In this document: positions 42,922 to 51,168 of the stretch, in pieces
Position numbering within the stretch: the stretch's first letter is position 1
Layout of the letters: every line of letters begins with the position of its first letter
Assembly: GCA_016720655.1 (NCBI GenBank)
Contig: JADKKE010000007.1
Span: 104,385-168,384, forward strand
DNA: 64,000 nt
Direction of reading: 5' to 3'
DNA from: Bacteroidota bacterium
Lineage (GTDB): Bacteria > Bacteroidota > Bacteroidia > AKYH767-A > 2013-40CM-41-45
The notes under the pieces: generated by a model
Told to the model about the DNA's origin: nothing
Seen by the model: only the letters and a program-made list of their open reading frames with translations
Database searches by the model: none
Program-made: the position numbers and the translations under genes

Positions 42922-44580
42922 ATGAAACAACATTTGTATACAAGAATTTTCGCGCTTATTTTATTTCCTTTTTTCTGTGCTGGTCAAAATACCGGTTCAA
43001 AGAAAGCACTCATGAATAATCTGGATGATTTCCTGAGTGAATTTGCAAGTGTATCTTCTTTTCGTGAAATCGGTGGGACCGAGTTCTCGGAAACTCAGGC
43101 GACAAGGTTCAAAGAAATGTTTGTGGAAAATGCAATCATCTTTGATGACATCAATGCCTCTATTGTTGAAGATTTACTTGGCGGTAGTCCTTATCAACTG
43201 AAGAACAAACCACTCGACGAATACATCGCTGATGTCAGAAAAGGATTTCCTACAGGAATCCGTGTTGATATATTGAATTCGGCAATTGATTTTAGCAGAC
43301 TTGACAGCAATCTCATCAATATTGTCATCAATAAAAAAGTTAGCGGGAAATCATCAAGTCTCAACAGGTTTGAAAATAACGACACATTGCTTCTTGAAAT
43401 GATCGTCACCGCCGACAATCATTTTCAGATAAAGAAAATTAGTATGATCGGATCAAATTTTTCATGTGCAAATGATAAGGACAATGATGGAATTATCGAT
43501 GAACAGGATGCTTGTCCAGGCGTGAAAGGAGAAATGCGTTTCAAAGGATGTCCGGACCGCGACCGTGATGGTATTGCCGACAATGAAGATCAATGTCCGG
43601 ATGAATACGGTACATTTTTTAATAAGGGCTGTCCGCAGGAAGTGTTTACAAATAAATACGGAATCGATTTGTTTATAGGCTTTGTGTTGAATACGCCTGA
43701 GAATCTTATTCTGGAAAATTCGGCATTGGCATTTAACGAATTGGATGCTGAGAGAAGTACAATTGGTACCCTGACATATTCTTCAAAATCGGTTTCCAGC
43801 TTAATTAACGGATTGGAATTTTCCATGAGTTTGGATACGAACAAAACAATGGCGCTGGCTATTGGTGTGAACTATACTAAATTCAGCAGTGATTTAACCT
43901 GGGCTGGATTTCATGCAGAATACAAGGAGGTCGATAATAGCCTCGTTCAAACACCGTTCAGGAGAGTATTGACATTGAAGCAAACCAAAGAACATCTTGA
44001 ATCACAATATTTAACTGTTCCACTTCTTTTGAAATTCCGAAAAAGATTGAATGAAAAATTTGGAATCTATTATGAGTTAGGTCCTGCCTTCGATTTGATT
44101 AATTTGAATTCGGCAACAAGTTCTGTTGCTGATGAGGAAGCGATTTATGTATACAGCTCAATCTCCGGCGTGAAATGGACGTACTCGAAAAATTATTCGC
44201 CCTCCCCAACAGATTGGATAATCACCAGAGATATGGTAACTTCAAATTCAACAGGCGGAGCGAATGCATATTTTGCACTTTTACAGAATAATGGATTTGA
44301 TGTCGCCCTTGATAAACCATTGTCCGGTACTTCAGAGAAAATTTCGCGCATTGGTTTCAGTGGAATAGCCAGGGTTGGCGCTTTCTATATGGTTGACCGA
44401 TCCATAAGTATATTTGCAGGGATTGTTTATTCGTATCATTTTTCTTCCAAGAAACAAGATGGAAAGTATACGCCAATCGGAGAATCTCAGAATTATCAAT
44501 CTGTTATGAATGGAGTGAAAAAATACAATGGTCAGTCGATGGGAATGATGTTGGGAATAAAATATGGTTTTGGAAGATAA
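42922..44580 (+). CDS. P1: outer-membrane beta-barrel protein with N-terminal alpha+beta module and thrombospondin type-3 repeats
   Basis: Signal peptide MKQHLYTRIFALILFPFFCAGQ. TSP3 repeats DKDNDGIIDEQDACPG...DRDRDGIADNEDQCPDEYG. The roughly 320-aa C-terminal region has alternating strands and ends GIKYGFGR. The ATG is 11 nt after the upstream stop. Confidence 0.7.
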   Translation: MKQHLYTRIFALILFPFFCAGQNTGSKKALMNNLDDFLSEFASVSSFREIGGTEFSETQATRFKEMFVENAIIFDDINASIVEDLLGGSPYQLKNKPLDEYIADVRKGFPTGIRVDILNSAIDFSRLDSNLINIVINKKVSGKSSSLNRFENNDTLLLEMIVTADNHFQIKKISMIGSNFSCANDKDNDGIIDEQDACPGVKGEMRFKGCPDRDRDGIADNEDQCPDEYGTFFNKGCPQEVFTNKYGIDLFIGFVLNTPENLILENSALAFNELDAERSTIGTLTYSSKSVSSLINGLEFSMSLDTNKTMALAIGVNYTKFSSDLTWAGFHAEYKEVDNSLVQTPFRRVLTLKQTKEHLESQYLTVPLLLKFRKRLNEKFGIYYELGPAFDLINLNSATSSVADEEAIYVYSSISGVKWTYSKNYSPSPTDWIITRDMVTSNSTGGANAYFALLQNNGFDVALDKPLSGTSEKISRIGFSGIARVGAFYMVDRSISIFAGIVYSYHFSSKKQDGKYTPIGESQNYQSVMNGVKKYNGQSMGMMLGIKYGFGR

Positions 44581-44611
44581 TGTAGTCAGGTCAACTCTAA
44601 TAGAATAAAAA

Positions 44612-45541
44612 GTGGATAAAAGTGTACATGTAACATTTGCAATTACCTGCCTGTTGGCAATCGTACTTCTTGGACTGAAAATGAATGCGCCCGTCCCATG
44701 CGTTGAACCGGGAATTGTATTCACATCTGAATTTCCGAAGATCGGGGAGTCGGTTATATTTAAAGCGACAGGAACGGATAGCTCGGGAGTACTGTGGGAT
44801 TTTGGTGATGGGTCTGAGACTACAAAGGAATTCTGGCGACTCATAGTTATTCAAAACAGGGTAAATATACAGTGATGGCAAAGACAGCTACAGGTTGTCT
44901 GGCTGCGCGGAGTTGTATCAATTAGCCCGAAGGAACCGGAAACCAAATCCGTATTTCCGATTGTTAAATTGTCTTCAACTACCGTGTTTGTCGGTGATCG
45001 TGTATTGATTGAGGATCAAACCCCGGGAGCGAATTCTTGGTCATGGGATTTGGGAGAAAACGGACAAGTATCTGTTGAGCGTCGTGTATCGATGGCCTAT
45101 CTCACTCCGGGTAAAAAGGAAATAAGTCTTGCAATTAAAGGGGATGGAATTTCAGGAACATCGAGTTCAATTATAAATGTTCGGGAAAGACCGGAACCGG
45201 GAAAGAAACCGGTACCTTATACACCGCCAGCACCATCAGCCTTAAGTTACAAATACCATCCAATTTATTCGCCAAAATTTAAAGCCGCGGCAAATAGTAG
45301 AAACAGGGATGCAGCACTGCGACCTTTGGTACAAATGCTTTGCAATCAAAACGGAACGCATGTAAAATTGAATGTGGGTGTGCTGGATGAAAAGTCTTAT
45401 AATTTTTATGATTTCCGAACCAAGCTGAGCAATGACGAGCAAAGCAACTGGGTTGTTGACAGTGTCTTGATGCGATGGAGGAAATCAGATGGTGACGAAT
45501 GTATTGAAGATATTTATTTTATTATCAGTTCACATCGATAA
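44612..45541 (+). pseudogene. P2: membrane-anchored/secreted protein with two PKD domains and a C-terminal alpha+beta module; compensating -1/+1 indels
   Basis: WDFGDGSETT is in frame A. KGILATHSYSKQGKYTVMAKTATGCLAARSCIN is in the neighbouring frame, between about 44824 and about 44922. Frame A then resumes with SPKEPETKSVFPIVKLSSTTVFVGDRVLIEDQTPGANSWSWDLGENG, which is the second PKD domain. Confidence 0.7.
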
Positions 45542-45543
45542 GT

Positions 45544-46191
45544 ATGAAAAACCTGTACAAAATTTTTGGAATTTTATCAGCCTTGTTTTCAGTTCAGGCT
45601 GTTGCCCAAGAGGGTGCCCATGTGAAAAAATCATACACTACATATGATTTATTTTACATGGATAATAATCATGGGGCCAATGCAATTGGATTGAATGATT
45701 CACTGATTGAAAAGATGGCACAGGATGTTCGAAAATTATTAAAACAAGGAGAGGCAGGGTTTCTTCTTTTCCGTAGCAATGGAGATAGGGCACAGGTAAC
45801 GGAAAGAAAGGAAGATATTTTTACTTTTGAGTTCCGGGATGGAATTTTCGAGCAGAACACTGCGATCCCAAATTTTCTGGAAGATAAAAAGCGTCTCCGC
45901 GAAGAATTGTACGATTCCATCGGTGTCATCAGTGACAAATTAAACCTTCATTTTTATTTGTCAGAAAATGCCCTTCGAAGTTTACCCGAAGATCCGAATT
46001 CCATTCTCACGAATTTTGCCAGAGAATTTTCTGAATTATTTTCAGCAAAGAATGCTGAAGTGAATGTATACCTCTATTACAATCGTGATATCACTACATT
46101 GAATGAAAGTGCTCTGTCAAATTATCTGAATTTCTTTAATGGATCTACATATGCCGCAAGGAGAATTAATTTTACGATTATCAAAGGTTGA
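45544..46191 (+). CDS. P3: secreted hypothetical protein (215 aa)
   Basis: Signal peptide MKNLYKIFGILSALFSVQAVAQ. No recognisable family. The start is 2 nt after the P2 stop. Confidence 0.6.
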   Translation: MKNLYKIFGILSALFSVQAVAQEGAHVKKSYTTYDLFYMDNNHGANAIGLNDSLIEKMAQDVRKLLKQGEAGFLLFRSNGDRAQVTERKEDIFTFEFRDGIFEQNTAIPNFLEDKKRLREELYDSIGVISDKLNLHFYLSENALRSLPEDPNSILTNFAREFSELFSAKNAEVNVYLYYNRDITTLNESALSNYLNFFNGSTYAARRINFTIIKG

Positions 46192-46210
46192 GTTGAAAAG
46201 TAAAACTGTA

Positions 46211-48640
46211 GTGAATTTCCAATCTGTCAGTATTAACAGGAGGCCGGTTGCAACCCTTTTGCTATTGGGCATATTCTTTTGTCTGCCATTCATTTCACTC
46301 GCACAAGATCACGTGAAGGGGATGAAGGTAAAGCGAATGCCGAAAGATTATCTTGAACCAACAGGAAAGTTGGTTCCCGAAAATTCCAAGGCTTCCGAAG
46401 GGGAATATAGTTATTGGAGAGTGTATTCCGACAGAGACAATAATCAGACATTTAAAGATCCTTACTTGAAGACTCCATTCAAGACGATTCAGTTCATGGA
46501 TGCTTTTTTTGTCGTTCAGGAAAGGTGGAATGCCGTTCGTATTGCGAAATACGATGGGGCCCTTGGCGATAAATACACCATCCAACACGATTCATTGGAT
46601 TATGGATGGATTGAAAAGACACGCTTATTGTTGTGGAAGAAATGCCTGATCGATACTGTGAAGACAAATTTTAACCTGAAGGGTTTGGTTATCAGAAGTT
46701 ATAAGGTATTTGAGAATGCAGAAGAGCTGAAGCGACTTTCTCAGGAAAAATTTCCGCTCTATGCTTCTCCTGCATTAAAGTCCCGCACACAGAACGACAT
46801 CAATCTTTTTGATTTCTTGTTTATATATAAATACGAAAAGGGTGCCTACCTGATCGGTAAGCGGGAAGAGATCTCTGTGATGAGCGCTAAAACAGATGTC
46901 CTTGGCTGGGTACCGGAAGTTAATCTAAGGCCCTGGGGTCAACGCTTGTGTCTGGAACCGAATTCTAAACCGGATGCTGTAACAGAAAGAAAAACGGCAG
47001 GCTTGCGTGCAGGATTATTTGAATCAGAAGAAAAGGCAAAAAAATATCAGGCAGGAGATAAAATTAACCCGCTTCCGTATCAGGATCCATATGAAAAAGG
47101 TATGCAAATGTCTGAAAAGAGATTTCCTGTGATTGCGGATCAGAAAAACGGAATTCTGAAAACCGGCTTCATTACTTCGGTTCTTGATAAAACCGGAAAA
47201 GCAATTATCACAACAGATCAGCAAGCGGATATCGAAAAGAAATACAATCAGGCAAGAGAAGATTATCGGGTGATCAATATTGTATTTGTAATCGATGGCT
47301 CTGAGAAAGTTCAGCCCTATATGCAAAGTGTCATTAGTTCCATTCAGAATAGTATGAGTTTGCTAAAGATGGATACACGGAATAAATTTAATTTCGGGGC
47401 TGTTGTTTATCGCAATTACAATTGTCAGGATGATCAAATAGTATCACTTCAGGATCTCTCACCGAATATCAGTACGGTCACCGGTTTTTTACAAAAGCAA
47501 ACAACTACTGCCCAGCCATGTTCGAAAATGAAATCGGATGGAACTTCTTTGTATTACGGAATTTCCAAAGGAGTAAAATTGTTTCGGAAGAAAGAGCAGA
47601 ATAACATTATCATGGTTGTGGGTTGTGGTGGGAATTACCTGATCGACAAATATAATTTTGATGAAACAAATGTGAGTTCCGCTTTGGCTGACATGCAGTG
47701 CAGTCTTGTTTCGTTTCAGGTGAAATATTCAGGCGATGATGAGCAACGCTTTGTGAGTCAATCGAAAGAGTTGATCAAGCAATCGGCAAAAAAAATCCGG
47801 GATCGGTTGGATGATGTAAGACTTTCAAAGGCAGAAAGGCCAACAAGTATTAAGTTTGAAAGCACCGACAAGCGAATTCAAAACGAATATTCATTGGTTT
47901 TCCCGGGAGGGGATAGTCCGGTTCCGGGAAAATTAACTGCGGCTTCACCGAACAGACCCAATTCGCCATCGTACATTCAAGAGCAAATTGAAGAGATCAT
48001 TACAAACAGGAATGAAGACAATGAGAAAATTCTTGGGAAATGGGATGCGAAAGTAAAGGGGAGAGGAGCGACCACCGTGAAAATGGATGAAGAGTTGTAT
48101 TTGCTCCTTAAGAATTCAAAAATCGATCCTTCGGCATTTCAGAAACTTGATGTGAATACCAATTTCCAGATATTTGTCGAAGCATATGCATCAGTGAAAC
48201 AGAGTAAATTGAAAAAACCGCTTTTCAATTTCGTGCTGTTTATGGATGATGATGATTTGTACGAACTGATTATCCAATTCAGGAAACTTGGGAATGCAAC
48301 AACGGAACAGGAACTCAGAAAAAATCTGGTTGATTCGTATAAGCAATTGGCAATTTCTTATTATGGAGCTAGAGAATCCAAATCAGCAATCAACAAAAAG
48401 ACATTGTCTGAAATAATGGGACTAATCACGGGCCTGCCGTCAAGAAGTGATTTGTTTACAAAATACACTATTTCCGATTTGGAAAGTTCACGAGCAGTTA
48501 CGGTCCAAACATTGAAAGATATCGCCGGTGAAATCAACGATATCAAAACCGACCTTGAACGAATTCGATCACGCAAATCCTATTCATTTACCAGCTATGA
48601 TCAAATGTATTACTGGATCCCTGCTGAAGCGTTACACTAA
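46211..48640 (+). CDS. P4: about 810-aa secreted protein, SH3-like N-terminal region + vWA-like domain + helical C-terminal domain
   Basis: The in-frame GTG at 46211 gives MNFQSVSINRRPVATLLLLGIFFCLPFISLAQD (the ORF track opens at ATG 46139, inside P3). vWA-like INIVFVIDGSEKVQPYM...FGAVVYRNY...SDGTSLYYG...IIMVVGCGGN with a non-canonical MIDAS site. Confidence 0.65.
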   Translation: MNFQSVSINRRPVATLLLLGIFFCLPFISLAQDHVKGMKVKRMPKDYLEPTGKLVPENSKASEGEYSYWRVYSDRDNNQTFKDPYLKTPFKTIQFMDAFFVVQERWNAVRIAKYDGALGDKYTIQHDSLDYGWIEKTRLLLWKKCLIDTVKTNFNLKGLVIRSYKVFENAEELKRLSQEKFPLYASPALKSRTQNDINLFDFLFIYKYEKGAYLIGKREEISVMSAKTDVLGWVPEVNLRPWGQRLCLEPNSKPDAVTERKTAGLRAGLFESEEKAKKYQAGDKINPLPYQDPYEKGMQMSEKRFPVIADQKNGILKTGFITSVLDKTGKAIITTDQQADIEKKYNQAREDYRVINIVFVIDGSEKVQPYMQSVISSIQNSMSLLKMDTRNKFNFGAVVYRNYNCQDDQIVSLQDLSPNISTVTGFLQKQTTTAQPCSKMKSDGTSLYYGISKGVKLFRKKEQNNIIMVVGCGGNYLIDKYNFDETNVSSALADMQCSLVSFQVKYSGDDEQRFVSQSKELIKQSAKKIRDRLDDVRLSKAERPTSIKFESTDKRIQNEYSLVFPGGDSPVPGKLTAASPNRPNSPSYIQEQIEEIITNRNEDNEKILGKWDAKVKGRGATTVKMDEELYLLLKNSKIDPSAFQKLDVNTNFQIFVEAYASVKQSKLKKPLFNFVLFMDDDDLYELIIQFRKLGNATTEQELRKNLVDSYKQLAISYYGARESKSAINKKTLSEIMGLITGLPSRSDLFTKYTISDLESSRAVTVQTLKDIAGEINDIKTDLERIRSRKSYSFTSYDQMYYWIPAEALH

Positions 48641-48651
48641 GTGCCTGGTTC

Positions 48652-51130
48652 ATGGAGGAGAATTCTTTGGTTGATGAAAGTGTATTTTATATTTCTGATC
48701 TGTCGTGTTCCTACGACCGGACAGTTGAAAACCGGGTGCTTTACATCCGTGAATTCGGGATACCTCGTGGTAAGCTGACATTTTTATTGGGAGCATCCGG
48801 TTCAGGGAAAAGCACATTGCTGGAGACCCTGGGATTAATGAACAATACTTTTGCTGGAGGGGAAGCACATTTTGTTCCGGGCGCAAATGCTGAAAAATTT
48901 GCTTTGGATACTGTTTGGAATTCTGAAAATCAGGAAATTTTAAACAAGATTCGAAAACTTCACTATAGTTTTATTTTTCAGGAAAATAATCTGATGGATG
49001 ATTTTTCTGCTTTTGAAAAATATTTGTCTTTCTCAAATGGTGAAAGACAAACGTACATTTTCAGAAGTGGTTAAGCCTGCAGAATTAATTTTAAAACGAA
49101 TAGGATTAACCGCAAAGGAAGTGAACGAACACACAATGGCTACTAATCTATCTGGTGGTCAGCGTCAACGTTTGTCTTTTGTACGTGCGCTCAATGTAAA
49201 TTATTCGGTTTTGTTCTGCGATGAGCCGACGGGTAATCTCGATGAAGTGAATGCTCACGAGTTGATGGAGATTGTAAAAGGTTCCTGTTCTTTTACCCGC
49301 TCAGCAATTGTCGTTTCACATGACATTAACCTTGCAATAAAATATGCTGATCAGATTGCTGTCATCACCAAACCACCAGGAGAGAAGTATGGTGTAATCG
49401 ATTCGGGAAATATTTTTAACCGGAGTGAATGGGAGAATCAGTCGAGCGAAGACCGTGGTGTATTCCGTGAGAAATTGCGGGCTTTGTATTTTTCCAAAGA
49501 GAAACACCAGGAAGCCGAGGTGCAAACCAGGGCCGTTCCGCTTTCTGAAACAGGTTTTACAAAATTGTTTATCCGGAATGAATTGCGATCACTGTATGGA
49601 AAAAAGTATGTAAATTATTTTATCCTTTTATTTCTCACTGTTTTTTCATTGCTGGTTCTCGGATTTGCTAACGGCACGCTCAATTATATTGATCTTAAAT
49701 TGAAAGATGCTTTTGTGAACTGGGTGACAATTAAAATTCCCTGGGCGCAGTCGGGAGATCGTTTTCAGGAAATCAAGGAAAAACTGAATGAACCGGCAAA
49801 TGCCCAGCGATATCGGTATTCCTCAGCGACAAGTTATCCGGAGTTTTCCATGCCGATTTTCGATAAAAACTCTCATGATAAATACAGAGTTTTTTCTGAA
49901 AAGGGCCGGACTATTGAAAATGGTTCTCCACCAGATCCGATGCTCAAAGATATTTTGTCGGCAAGTAATCTGGTTCAAGGTTCTGTTTTTAGAAGTACTT
50001 CAGATTTTGGGCTGATCGTTTCCAGTCAGTTGCTTTCAAATTACCATTATTCGCTCAACGATCGATTCCTGTATGTTGGATTCAAAATTTTCGATGGACA
50101 TCAGGATGTTTATGAGCGGATTCCGGTTCCCATCAGAGCAGTTGTCCGATCCATTCCAGGAAAAAATTTATTTATTACAACGAATTATTTTAAAATGGCC
50201 TACGATCAGGCCGATGGAAACACTTTTGATCCACAGGTTCACCGGAACAAAATATGTTTGTATCTGGCCATTTCTGAACCCGAAATTCCTGCGATCACCA
50301 AAGACCTACGAAGCTCTGTTTCAGAAATGAAAGAGTTTTCAGAATGGAGCCCGGGTGTAGACATCGTTACAGATCAATCTGTCGATACAGGACAATCAAA
50401 AATCGCCGAAATTCGTTTTTCACCGGAACCGGAAGACACAATGGTAGCGGGAACATTCATCCGGAAACTTTTTTCTTTGCAATCCATGAAGAAATGGGAG
50501 GGAAGAGCAATACCCTATTATGACCTGTCACAATTCAATGAACAACTTCCGGAGTTGACGGATGATATTTTGTGCATTAATTTTAATGGCGATCTGGATA
50601 GTATCCGTTCCTTTAAACAATTTATTTTCAGTCTGAATAAACCGGAAGAAAAGGATGTAATTGAGTTGGATGATTCAGCGATCAGAGAAAAGGAGAATTA
50701 TAATTTCATGAGTAAAGTTACATTGATTATATCCTTTGGGCTTTTGTTTTTTGCTGTTTTTTGTATCGCTTTATTCATCATGAATGTACTCCGCTTGCAT
50801 TTGTTACAAGTGAAGATGAATCTTGGAACATTAAAGGCATTTGGATTGAATAACGCGGAGACAAATCAGTTGTACATAAAAATTATGCTTCTGTTTGTGA
50901 TCCTCGTCATGATCCCTGGTTTTACGATTGCTTATTTCATTGGTAAGTTGATTGACCGAATGATCGGATCATTCCTTGCGATGGATCAGAATTATACCTA
51001 CTTCCAGATTACAGATGGATTGATCCTGGGAATTATCCTGATCATCTTTTTGGTCTCAATGCTTGTAACCGGATTGGTTGCACGGAAGATACTCCTTAAA
51101 TCTCCGGGTGATCTGATCTATAACCGTTGA
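48652..51130 (+). pseudogene. P5: MacB-type fused ABC ATPase + FtsX-family permease; one +1 indel in an A5 run
   Basis: Walker A GASGSGKST, signature LSGGQRQR, Walker B LFCDEPTGNLD, H-loop VVSHD. Then TM1, a roughly 410-aa extracytoplasmic domain, and three TMs with GTLKAFG. ORFs 48652..49074 and 48998..51130 join at gaAAAAAt 49016-49020 (...DDFSAFE | NICLSQMVKDK...). Confidence 0.8.
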
Positions 51131-51168
51131 AAATAATATTTCTATTCAGACCACTTCATGCCTTTCAA

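Noticed and set aside
24631-49020. Homopolymer indels in surface-protein genes, considered as programmed phase variation.
   Set aside because: The runs are only 3-5 nt, far shorter than typical contingency tracts (7 nt or more). A cytoplasmic aminotransferase is also affected.
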